A stretch of DNA of 64,000 bases from Pseudomonadota bacterium (GTDB lineage: Bacteria; Myxococcota; JACRCW01; JAFGSX01): positions 224,001 through 288,000 of the forward strand of contig JBDRCO010000087.1 in the NCBI GenBank assembly GCA_043821645.1, in the 5' to 3' direction. The notes under the pieces were generated by a model. The model was not told the origin of the DNA. It made no database searches and was given only the letters and a program-made list of their open reading frames with translations. Position numbers and translations under genes: made by a program. Positions 1 through 8,687 of this stretch are shown in pieces. The number at the start of each line of letters is the position of its first letter. The first letter of the stretch is position 1.

Positions 1-34
1 CGGCCCGGCGCTCGGCCCGCCCAGGGAGCATGAC

Positions 35-316
35 GTGGCAACCATCATCACCGAGGAATGCATCAACTGCGGCGCCTGCGAGACGGAGTGTCCAACCCAG
101 GCCATCGCCGAGAGCACCGAGATCTACCTGGTGGACTCGGCACTGTGTTGCGAGTGCGTCGGCTACTTCGACGAGCTGGCCTGCGCTGCGGTGTGCCCCG
201 TGGACTGCTGCGTGGTGGACACCAAGCACCCGGAGTCCAAGGAGCAGCTGCTGGCCAAGGCCCGTCAGGCGAGTCCAGAGCGCGAGTTTGGCCCGGACGC
301 TCCGTCGCACATCTGA
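35..316 (+). CDS. 2x[4Fe-4S] ferredoxin (YfhL-like)
   Basis: CINCGACETECP and CCECVGYFDELACAAVCPVDCC Cys motifs; GTG start after AGGGAG. Confidence 0.9.
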   Translation: MATIITEECINCGACETECPTQAIAESTEIYLVDSALCCECVGYFDELACAAVCPVDCCVVDTKHPESKEQLLAKARQASPEREFGPDAPSHI

Positions 317-610
317 GCTCGCTGCCGCCGCCAGGTCTTTCTCATCTCGCTGCCAGATTTGCTGTCAACATGGTGCCACTCCAAGCAAGCGACCCGAGGG
401 GCTGCTGCTGAGGGAAAACCGAGCTGATCGACAGGACAAAGAGACCACAGCGCGTGGCTAATTTGCCATAATCCTAATTATTTAATATAATTAGGTTAAT
501 TTTCTAGCGACAGATAGATATGGTTACTTTGCCCCGGCGGCCGCAAATCCGCAAAGATCCTGCAGAAGAATATATAATGATTTCAATTCTATCGGCTCTA
601 TTACCAATTC

Positions 611-626
611 TGGCACGTACCCTGCT
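611..626 (+). promoter_or_regulatory. sigma54 (-24/-12) promoter
   Basis: TGGCACG-TACC-CTGCT; GG-N10-GC spacing matches TGGCACG-N4-TTGCW; AT-rich upstream region. Confidence 0.8.
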
Positions 627-637
627 TAAGAAAGACC

Positions 638-789
638 CGTACACGGAAGCGCGGTTCAAACTGGACTACCCCCCCCGGTCCTACCGAACAAGCGACCCGT
701 GACAGGGTGCAAGTCACCTTGGAAGGCGTCGTCGCCAGTTTCCGGTGCTCCCCCCCCACCGGCCTGACGCGACGCCTTCCGCTTTTTTT
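638..789 (+). ncRNA. Putative sigma54-dependent small RNA, Pxr-like architecture
   Basis: Starts just downstream of the sigma54 motif; three stem-loops (about 642-701, 704-720, 721-780), two with C-run loops; ends in T7 at 783-789; no credible ORF. Confidence 0.7.
721..789 (+). terminator. Intrinsic terminator (last hairpin of the sRNA)
   Basis: Perfect 11-bp stem GGAAGGCGTCG/CGACGCCTTCC followed by GC and T7. Confidence 0.8.
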
Positions 790-818
790 GGGCTCAGTTT
801 CCTAGCAGCTTGGTTTTC

Positions 819-1424
819 TTATCCCGCATCGCCCGGACGCGGGCAGCGATGAGTCTGCAGATTGCAGGTTCGTCCCTCGCAGTGCGAGCTATCGAAGCAC
901 TCGACGCAGAGCAGCTGAGGTGAGCAGTAGGGCTGCGCCTCGGGGCAGTGGCCGCACAGCCCTGCATCCTCCGCCGCGCGATCGTCGCCGACGCTGCGAT
1001 CGGGCGGTACCGCCGCATCCATGTCCCTGTCCCCGGCCTCGTCGCAGGTCGGCAGGTCTGCCACCACGTGATCTGCACGCTGCGCGTCGCTCTGTGTCGC
1101 AGCGTCGGTAAGCTGGGTGTCCGGCGAAGAGCGGTCAGGTGACGAGCTGTCCACCCCGCTCGCGTGGTCCGTGCCTCCGTTGACATCGGGTCGCGCGGTA
1201 TCGGGGCGGGGCCCGTCCACGGTGCTGCTGTCCGGGAGCGAGACATCGGCCGCACGGGCGTCGCGGGTCAGACATAGACCCGTGGCGAGGTCGCAGCTGG
1301 AGTAGCCGGGGCAGTCCAGGTCGCTGCCACAGGCGTTGGCCGCCGGTGTTGCCGGACATCCGAGTTGGATCATGATGCCCCACGCGGCGAAGGGGAGGAT
1401 CCGACGAAGGTGCCATGGTGCCAC
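819..1424 (-). CDS. Cys-rich putative lipoprotein with Asp/Ala/Ser-rich linker
   Basis: GTG at 1424 with AGGAG upstream; lipobox-like QLGC; two Cys-rich modules (CGSDLDCPGYSSC..C; CGHC..C..CVEC..C..C..C). Confidence 0.65.
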   Translation of the reverse strand: MAPWHLRRILPFAAWGIMIQLGCPATPAANACGSDLDCPGYSSCDLATGLCLTRDARAADVSLPDSSTVDGPRPDTARPDVNGGTDHASGVDSSSPDRSSPDTQLTDAATQSDAQRADHVVADLPTCDEAGDRDMDAAVPPDRSVGDDRAAEDAGLCGHCPEAQPYCSPQLLCVECFDSSHCEGRTCNLQTHRCPRPGDAG

Positions 1425-1558
1425 GGTGCGCTCCTGACAAAAAAGCAGCCACGCAGGAAGTCTACCAGCCGCGCGCCAGCTGCACAGGTCTCGCCATTGC
1501 CGCATGGCGTGAATCGCGATAGGTCAGGATTCTCACGCCCTGAGCCGCGAGGTCTGAC

Positions 1559-2497
1559 ATGAAGGCGCACATCCTGCTGATCGAGGACAGCGCAAGCCAG
1601 GCCGAGCACACGCTCAAGTTGCTGGCGGACATCGGCTATGACACGACCTGGGCTCGGGGTGGGCTCGAGGGCCTGAAGATGGCCCAGACCGAGAGGCCCG
1701 ATCTGATCTTGCTCGATGTGGTGATGGAGGACATGGACGGCTACGCCGTGTGCCGCTGGCTCAAGATGCAAGAAGCGACCCGTGATACCCCGGTCATCAT
1801 GCTGACTGTTCGGGATGAGGTGGCGTCTCGTGTCGAGGGCCTGAATGTCGGCGCCGACGACTACCTGCCCAAGCCCTTCGATGCGCGCGAGCTCGAGGCG
1901 CGCATCTTTGCCGCGCTGCGTGCCAAGGGCCATCTCGACGAGCTCAAGCGGCGTGCCGACGATCTCGAGGGTTTGCTTCACCGGGTCGAGTCCATGGCCA
2001 TCACGGATGCCCTCACCGGTCTGTACAACAGGCGCCGCTTCAGTGATGTGCTGCGGCGAGAGGTGGCCACCGCCCGGCGCTACAAGAACCCCCTGAGCTG
2101 CATGCTCATCGACATCGATCACTTCAAGCGGGTCAACGACGCCCATGGCCACGACGCCGGAGACAAGGTCCTCAAGGGCTTCTCGACCCTGCTGCTATCC
2201 AACGTGCGCGAGGTCGATGTGCCCGTGCGTTACGGTGGCGAGGAGTTTGCCGTCCTGATGCCGCAGACCAGCAAGAGCGGTGCCCTGATCGTGGCGGAGC
2301 GCATCCGCAATCGTACGCGCGAACACAGCTTCGACGCAGGTGTGGCCCAGGTCTCCTTCTCGCTGAGCATAGGCATCGCGGATGTCGACGACATGCGCAG
2401 TGACAACGAGGAGGAGCTGGTGCTGGCCTCGGACTCTGCGCTGTACCAGGCCAAGATCCAGGGACGAGACCGCGTGCACTTGTATGTCGCCGGCTGA
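1559..2497 (+). CDS. Response-regulator diguanylate cyclase (REC-GGDEF)
   Basis: REC domain (LLIEDS, DLILLDVVM, YLPKPF); GGEEF active site preceded by RxxD I-site (REVD). Confidence 0.95.
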   Translation: MKAHILLIEDSASQAEHTLKLLADIGYDTTWARGGLEGLKMAQTERPDLILLDVVMEDMDGYAVCRWLKMQEATRDTPVIMLTVRDEVASRVEGLNVGADDYLPKPFDARELEARIFAALRAKGHLDELKRRADDLEGLLHRVESMAITDALTGLYNRRRFSDVLRREVATARRYKNPLSCMLIDIDHFKRVNDAHGHDAGDKVLKGFSTLLLSNVREVDVPVRYGGEEFAVLMPQTSKSGALIVAERIRNRTREHSFDAGVAQVSFSLSIGIADVDDMRSDNEEELVLASDSALYQAKIQGRDRVHLYVAG

Positions 2498-2505
2498 GTC
2501 CGCTG

Positions 2506-4575
2506 TCAGGACGCTCCCTCTCGCCCCGGTGTGCTGCGTTCGCTTGCGACGATCCACCCCAGGGCCAGGGCCGCGAGCGCGAGCAGCACGGCGCCGGTCC
2601 AGGTCGTGCCCAGGATCAGCTCACCCAGCCCGAACAGCGCACCGAACACCGCGACTGCGCCTGCCACGAAGCGCCAGGCCATGGGTCTGAGCGGATCGCT
2701 CGGGGCCTCGCGCAAGCCTGCCCAGCCAGGTCCGGGTGGACGCACCCGGCGTGCAAAGCCCCGCAGCACGGCGTCGTCATTGCGCGGTCCCCACAGTGAC
2801 ACCGGGATCCACGCGGCCAGGCTGGCGCCGGCGACCAGCAGCAGCTGCAGCCAGCCCGAGACCTCGACCAGGAACAGTGGATTGTGCCCGCCGAAGAGCG
2901 TCGGTGTGCAAAAGAGTTGCAGTCCCAGGGCGAGCACCGTGGTGACGATCAGGGCCGCGAACTCGGCGTGGGGCGTGACGCGGCTCCAGTACCAGCGCAC
3001 GGCACTCACCGAGCCCAGGCCGGCTCCGATCATGATCAGGAAGGTCCACACCGCTGCGATGCTCTCGATGACCAGCGCGGCCCCACCTGCCACCGCAGCC
3101 ATACCGACGATGCAGAGGCGGCTGACCAGGACCGCGCGTTGCTCGTCGACACCGGGGTGGATGAAGCGCTGGTACACGTCGCGCACGAGGTAGCTGGCGC
3201 CCCAGTTGGTATGGGTGTCGATGGTACTCATGAAGGCGGCGAGCAGGCTGGCGATGACCAGTCCAAGCAAGCCGACGGGCAAGAAACGTCCCATGATCAA
3301 GGGGTACGCCAGCTCGCGATCTGCCAGCTGGACAGCCAGTCCCTCCCCCTGCCAGCGCTGGCCGCTCGCGGTATCCTCGACCACCACCGTGCTGATGGCA
3401 CTCGTCGAGAAACCGCCAAAAAGCGCGACCTGGTGACCGCTGGCGTCCTCGCGCAGAGGGTGCTGCTGGTCGAGCACGCGGATCAGACTGCCCGGGGGAG
3501 CACCCTCCACCACGAGCTCGCCACCGCGGATGAGGTCGAGGCTGCCCGGGCGGACCGTGACCTGTGTGCCCGGGCCCTCGAGGATCAGCGCGGCCGGGGG
3601 TGTCAGCGAGAGCTGCGGATAGATCACCAGTGCAGCGAGCCCGACCAGGATCCACGGCCAGGGGCGCAGCGCGTTGTGGGCGATCGAGAACCACAGGGCC
3701 GCTCCCTGGGCGTGGCCCTCGTTCTTGCACGCGGCGAGGCGCTGCACGATGTAGCCATTGCCCTCGGCGTAGCGCCACCAGCCCACGAAGAGCAAGACCA
3801 CGAACAGCACGAAGGGCGTGGTCGGGTGGTCCAGTCCCGGAGCGAAGGCCAGCACGTCCTGCAGCTCCTGCCCTCCGGCGCGAAGGCTACGGTCAAGGGC
3901 GGGGAGCAAACCCGAGCCCGAACCTCCCGCGGGATTGCCCAAACCGCCCATGTCGTCGACGACCAGCACGGCGAGGACAATGGCGCCGGCCATGCCCAGG
4001 GCAAACTGGACCAGGTCCGACGCCACCACCGAGTGAAAGCCGCCCAGCACCGTATAGGCCACGGCGACGGTCACACACAGCACGATCACGAGAAGTGCCG
4101 GTACGTCGAAGAAGGCCTGGCTGATCTTCACCATGGCCTTGATGACCCAGGCCATGGTCAGGCAGTTGATGAACAGTCCGAAGTACAGAGCCTTGACCGC
4201 GCGCAACACCGCCGCGGGTCGTCCGCCATAGCGCAACTCGGTGATCTCGGCGTCGGTGATCACGCCCGAGCGCCGCCACAGGCGTGCAAAGAAGAAGGTC
4301 GAGGTCAGGTGCGCGATGGCCCAGCTCCACCACAGCCAGTTGCCTGCGATGCCGCCCGTCGCCACGATGCCCGTGACTGCCAGTGGCGTGTCTGCTGCAA
4401 AGGTGGTGGCGACGATGGAGGTGCCGGCGAGCCACCAGGGAAGGTCCCGCTGGCCCACGAAGAAGGTGTCCACGCCCTGGCCGGCGCGGCGCGCGTACCA
4501 GGCGCCGAGCACCAGCACGAAGACCACGTACGCGCCGATGATGAGCCAGTCGAGCAGGTGCAGGGTCGCGGTCAT
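2506..4575 (-). CDS. Sodium:solute symporter family protein
   Basis: Many TM helices; SSS motifs (LPWWLAGTSIVATTFAADTP, AAFMSTIDT). Confidence 0.9.
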   Translation of the reverse strand: MTATLHLLDWLIIGAYVVFVLVLGAWYARRAGQGVDTFFVGQRDLPWWLAGTSIVATTFAADTPLAVTGIVATGGIAGNWLWWSWAIAHLTSTFFFARLWRRSGVITDAEITELRYGGRPAAVLRAVKALYFGLFINCLTMAWVIKAMVKISQAFFDVPALLVIVLCVTVAVAYTVLGGFHSVVASDLVQFALGMAGAIVLAVLVVDDMGGLGNPAGGSGSGLLPALDRSLRAGGQELQDVLAFAPGLDHPTTPFVLFVVLLFVGWWRYAEGNGYIVQRLAACKNEGHAQGAALWFSIAHNALRPWPWILVGLAALVIYPQLSLTPPAALILEGPGTQVTVRPGSLDLIRGGELVVEGAPPGSLIRVLDQQHPLREDASGHQVALFGGFSTSAISTVVVEDTASGQRWQGEGLAVQLADRELAYPLIMGRFLPVGLLGLVIASLLAAFMSTIDTHTNWGASYLVRDVYQRFIHPGVDEQRAVLVSRLCIVGMAAVAGGAALVIESIAAVWTFLIMIGAGLGSVSAVRWYWSRVTPHAEFAALIVTTVLALGLQLFCTPTLFGGHNPLFLVEVSGWLQLLLVAGASLAAWIPVSLWGPRNDDAVLRGFARRVRPPGPGWAGLREAPSDPLRPMAWRFVAGAVAVFGALFGLGELILGTTWTGAVLLALAALALGWIVASERSTPGREGAS

Positions 4576-4650
4576 GGCGAGAGGTTGTAGCGGGCTGGGG
4601 AGGGTCGGGGCAACCCCTGCCTGGTCCGCCGACGGGCCCGGGTGCGGACC

Positions 4651-5289
4651 TCAACGATAGATGGCGTCGCCGATCTGGATCTCGTCGACCCACACGATCT
4701 CGCACGCACCGTTGCCCGAGTCGTCGCGGCTGGTGGACGAGGTGGCCAGGCTTCTCCCGTCGCTATCCTGGATGGTCACCAGGTAGCCGTCGATGCGGAC
4801 GCGGTCGCCCTTGCTCACCCACTTCAGTGCCCGGTCCAGGTTGGGATTGCGGTCGCCGGGGATCAGGTGATTGTTGCCGATGCTGCGGGTGATGGCCTGG
4901 ACCTCGTCGGCAGGCGGCATGGTCGGGCTGCGCCAGAACAGGTAGCGGCCGTTCTGACTGAACTTGTACTTCCCCAGAAACTCATCGATGCGTGGGCCCC
5001 AGATCAGACCGAGGTCCACGTCGTAGAAGTCCGTGGCGAAGGCGATGTTGTAGGTCGCCGCACTGAGCACCTGGCCCTGGACCTGGTAGCGGTGGTGTTT
5101 CTCGATGACGAAGTCGCGGCCGTCACGGCGCACGGTGACGCGCTCGGGAACGGTCAGCTTCTCCTGCCGGGGTTCGGCCGTGACGTCGATGGCAGGACCG
5201 GCGCCGCTCGACGAGGGGCGCATGTACACCCAGCGATACAGGCCGTAGCCCGCAAGCAGCACACAGAGAAAGACCACTGCTCGACTCAT
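4651..5289 (-). CDS. Hypothetical membrane-anchored protein at the end of the gsp operon
   Basis: N-terminal hydrophobic anchor; typical codon usage; 10 nt downstream of gspN. Confidence 0.75.
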   Translation of the reverse strand: MSRAVVFLCVLLAGYGLYRWVYMRPSSSGAGPAIDVTAEPRQEKLTVPERVTVRRDGRDFVIEKHHRYQVQGQVLSAATYNIAFATDFYDVDLGLIWGPRIDEFLGKYKFSQNGRYLFWRSPTMPPADEVQAITRSIGNNHLIPGDRNPNLDRALKWVSKGDRVRIDGYLVTIQDSDGRSLATSSTSRDDSGNGACEIVWVDEIQIGDAIYR

Positions 5290-5299
5290 CGCGGGCGCC

Positions 5300-6277
5300 T
5301 CAGTTGACCTTGGCCTTGGGATCGGGCACCGGGCGCAGGCTGGCGAGGGAGCCCGCGAGCTTGAAGTGGTAGCTACCGTCCTTGTCCTTGGCGCGCTTGA
5401 GCTGCGGTGTGAAGTCGAGGATGGGCTGGAACTTCTCGTTGGCCTTGAGGAAGGCCTCGGCCAGCCTGAACTCGAGGGCGCCGGCCGCGGTCGAGCGACC
5501 GAGGGGGCTGCGCAGGGTCAGGGTCAGGTCGCTGGCGACTTCCACATCCTTGCCCTTGAGGCCCGCAGGTTTGACCCGGGCCTTGCCGTCAGCGACCTCC
5601 ACCTGCACGTCGAGCACGCCGAGGTCGATGGCCGGGACCGTGAGGCCGCCGGTGAGGCCGGGAATCTTGAACTCGCCGGGTCCGAGCACGTGCCCCTGGC
5701 CCTGGAGCACGATGGTGCCCTTGGCCTCCTTGGGGTCCTTGCCCAGCTTGAGGTCCACCGTGCCGCCGATCAGGCCCTCGAGGGGCACTCCCAGGGCAGC
5801 CAGGACCACCGGGACCTTTCCCACGGCCACGCCTTCGAGCTCCGCATCCAGCTCGGCCAGGTTCTGGTCGACGACGAGCGCGCTGCCACTCAGGTTGCCG
5901 TCGTAGAGATCGACATCGAAGCCGACGCGCTGGTGTCCGAGGATCAGGGGCAGCAGCTGCAAGCGGGCCCGGGCGCGGTCGAACTCCCAGGTCGGGCCAG
6001 GGTCTGGTTCGGTGGTGGCGAGGCGCACCGACAGGCGCGTCAGCTCGAGGCCGGTCAGCCTGTAGATGTCGACACGCTCGATCTGCACTTCGGCCTGGGT
6101 GCCGTAACGTCCAGGCTGGGGGCCTGCCTGCTGCACGGCCTTTTGCAGCATATCGACGACGCGAGGCTTGATGGCCGACATGGGAAAGGTCAGGTACAGC
6201 GAGATCACGAAGCACAGGCCAAAGAACCCGGCATAGCCGAGCATCCGGAGCCAGCGAGGGGAAGTCCGGTCGGTCAT
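5300..6277 (-). CDS. gspN: Type II secretion protein N
   Basis: N-terminal TM with LYLTFP motif; beta-rich periplasmic part; position after gspM. Confidence 0.85.
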   Translation of the reverse strand: MTDRTSPRWLRMLGYAGFFGLCFVISLYLTFPMSAIKPRVVDMLQKAVQQAGPQPGRYGTQAEVQIERVDIYRLTGLELTRLSVRLATTEPDPGPTWEFDRARARLQLLPLILGHQRVGFDVDLYDGNLSGSALVVDQNLAELDAELEGVAVGKVPVVLAALGVPLEGLIGGTVDLKLGKDPKEAKGTIVLQGQGHVLGPGEFKIPGLTGGLTVPAIDLGVLDVQVEVADGKARVKPAGLKGKDVEVASDLTLTLRSPLGRSTAAGALEFRLAEAFLKANEKFQPILDFTPQLKRAKDKDGSYHFKLAGSLASLRPVPDPKAKVN

Positions 6278-6286
6278 GACAGCTCC

Positions 6287-6856
6287 TCAGCTCGCCGTCG
6301 CGGGCTTGTAGGTCGCAACCTTCATGTTGACGTCGAGAAGCTCGGCATTGTCGAAGCGTGTCTTGACCTTGATCTTGAGCACCTTGACCATGCCCGCCGG
6401 ACCGCCCTGCTCGACCCGCTCCAAAAAACCGTCGAGCTTGTCCAGGGACATCTGCTTCAGGTTGACGTCGACACTGATCTCATCGATGCCGCTGTCCTTG
6501 AGGGGCGTGCGGCGCTCGTTGAGGTCGTTGAGGGTCAGGCCGAACTCGCCGGCGACCTTGGGCAGCAGCGAGAAGAGCTGCACGTTGTTGCGTGCAAGCT
6601 GCTGCTTGGTGGTCTCGCGCTCGCGCTGGGCGTCGCGGTACTGGCCCTCGAGGCCCAGAATCTGCGTCAGTTGGGTCCTGCGCTCGGAGAGACGGCGCTG
6701 GGCCTTGGTCAGGTGGGCATCGACCAGCAGCGTGCTGCCCACGAAGGCAAACAGCAGCACGGCGACGACGGTGACACCGACGAGGAGCCGCTCTCGCCCC
6801 GAAAGGCGACTGAACGCGGCAACGGCCTGGTTGATGAAAGCGCTCCGACTGGCCAT
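6287..6856 (-). CDS. gspM: Type II secretion protein M
   Basis: LSGRERLL + TM + coiled coil + ferredoxin-like C-terminus; synteny. Confidence 0.85.
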   Translation of the reverse strand: MASRSAFINQAVAAFSRLSGRERLLVGVTVVAVLLFAFVGSTLLVDAHLTKAQRRLSERRTQLTQILGLEGQYRDAQRERETTKQQLARNNVQLFSLLPKVAGEFGLTLNDLNERRTPLKDSGIDEISVDVNLKQMSLDKLDGFLERVEQGGPAGMVKVLKIKVKTRFDNAELLDVNMKVATYKPATAS

Positions 6857-6858
6857 GG

Positions 6859-8607
6859 TCAGCCCTCCTTGTCCGGGACCTCGGTGTCGACGGGCGGAGC
6901 ATCGGGACCGGGCAGGGCCTCGACCGCTGCCGGCTTGAGGCTGCAGTCGACGTCCAGGGTGACGCTGTAGCCCACCTTGTCACCGGTCTGCCGCGCGGGT
7001 CCCCGCTGCACGTTGTGAAAGCAATGGCCCTTTTGCATGCTGGTGACGATCTTGTCGACGGATTCGAAGCTGTCCGTGGTGCCCTTGATGCGTACGCGAT
7101 CGATCCCGATCTCCAGCTCGTCGACCTTCACCGACACCCCCTCCGGAGTGGATCTGGCGACCTCGAGGTAGGGATCGATGGCGGAGATCGTGGGGACGCC
7201 GGCTCCCTCGCCCGAGGGTCGGATCTGCTCGTTCATCATGGCCAGGCAGCGCTCGGCGCTCTTGACCTCCTGTCCCAGGATGCTCTTGCAGGTCTCTTGC
7301 TGGCGCGCCACCACCTGCGACTCCTGACGCGTGATGTCGAAGTAGCGTGCGTAGCCATTGAAACCGAGCAGCAGCGAGACGACCAGCAGACCTGCCACCA
7401 GCTGCGGGGCGCGTCCTTCGAGAAATTCGAAGTCGCCACGGTAGGCAAACTCACCCTGCCTGAAGTCGAGGCGCTCGCTCTTTCCCGCAGCGAATCCGCT
7501 CAGGGCATAGGCCAGGGCCTTGGCCGCGTGGGTCATGTCGGTACCCTCGGCCCACTGGTCGACGGGAAGCACCGGTGCCAGTGCCTCGCTGACCATCGTC
7601 GCGCGCTTGACCTCAACGTTGAGTTCGGCCGCCAGGTAGCGGTCGAGGTTGTGAACGCGTGCCCCACCACCGCACAGGTAGATTCGGCGCACCCTCGCCC
7701 GGCGCAGCGCGACCACGGACTGAAAGCTCTGGCGCAGCTCGCGCACGACAGGCTGTAGCGCGCTCTTGAGAGCTTGCGAGATGCGTTCTTGCTCGGGGTA
7801 GGGAGCCTTCTCGCCGGACACCTCGAGGTAAGCCTCGCGCAGTTTGCCTTGCTCGGCCTGGTCAAGGGGCAGGTGGAAGGCCTTGGCCAGGCTGCGCGTG
7901 AGGTCGCTACCACCACGAATCAGCGTGCGAGCGGTCACCACCTGGTCGTCGGCCATGATGCAAATTGCCGTGCGTCGGTGCCCGATGTCGACGATGGCGG
8001 TGGCGGGAGTGTAGGCGTCGGGTCCCATGGCGATGGCGGTGCCCCCAGGGGTCACGGCCGGAGCGACGATCTCGTCGGCGGGAGCCAGCAGGTGCCGGTA
8101 CAGGTCGTCGAGGGCCAGAGCATCGAGCTCGACATGGCGCGGGTCCACACCCACGGACTTGAGGGTGTTCAGAAAGGTTGCGACATCGGTCTTCTTGGCC
8201 AGGCCCACCAGGACGTCTGTTTTCTTGTCGACCTGGCCGCTGAGCACGCTGTTGGTCATCACCATGTCGTCGAGATCGTAGGGGACCTGGGCCTCGACCT
8301 CGTAGCGCAGCGTCGCGTCAATGCGGCGAGTGTCGCTGAAGGGGAGGCGCACCAGGCGCGTGGTGGCGACGTCACCGGGCAGCCCAGTGATGAACATATC
8401 GCCGGTCAGCGCACCGCGTGTTTTGAGCGCGCGCAGGGCATCACCGACGCGATCGAAGTAGGCGCGAGGCTCGGAATCCGCGGTCTCCTCCTCCTGCACC
8501 GGCTCTTCGTAGTAGGCGGTCACGTTGAAGGTCCGCATGCTCACGGCCAGATGCACCACCTTGATGCTGTGGGTGCCGACGTCGAGGCCGACTACGCGCT
8601 GTGCCAT
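6859..8607 (-). CDS. gspL: Type II secretion protein L (PilM-like actin domain + TM + PilN-like domain)
   Basis: VVGLDVGTHSIK, AIVDIG, IYLCGGGA actin-fold motifs; one TM; synteny. Confidence 0.9.
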   Translation of the reverse strand: MAQRVVGLDVGTHSIKVVHLAVSMRTFNVTAYYEEPVQEEETADSEPRAYFDRVGDALRALKTRGALTGDMFITGLPGDVATTRLVRLPFSDTRRIDATLRYEVEAQVPYDLDDMVMTNSVLSGQVDKKTDVLVGLAKKTDVATFLNTLKSVGVDPRHVELDALALDDLYRHLLAPADEIVAPAVTPGGTAIAMGPDAYTPATAIVDIGHRRTAICIMADDQVVTARTLIRGGSDLTRSLAKAFHLPLDQAEQGKLREAYLEVSGEKAPYPEQERISQALKSALQPVVRELRQSFQSVVALRRARVRRIYLCGGGARVHNLDRYLAAELNVEVKRATMVSEALAPVLPVDQWAEGTDMTHAAKALAYALSGFAAGKSERLDFRQGEFAYRGDFEFLEGRAPQLVAGLLVVSLLLGFNGYARYFDITRQESQVVARQQETCKSILGQEVKSAERCLAMMNEQIRPSGEGAGVPTISAIDPYLEVARSTPEGVSVKVDELEIGIDRVRIKGTTDSFESVDKIVTSMQKGHCFHNVQRGPARQTGDKVGYSVTLDVDCSLKPAAVEALPGPDAPPVDTEVPDKEG

Positions 8608-8687
8608 TGGGCCACCTCATCTCGATCACAACGTTCACGTTCCATCGCTTGCGTCCCGGATCTGGAGCAGGCTTCCTGGGCTTTCCC

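Noticed and set aside
520-702. 60-aa ORF in the first intergenic region
   Set aside because: Atypical codon usage and no RBS; it overlaps the sigma54 promoter and sRNA hairpins, which explain the region better
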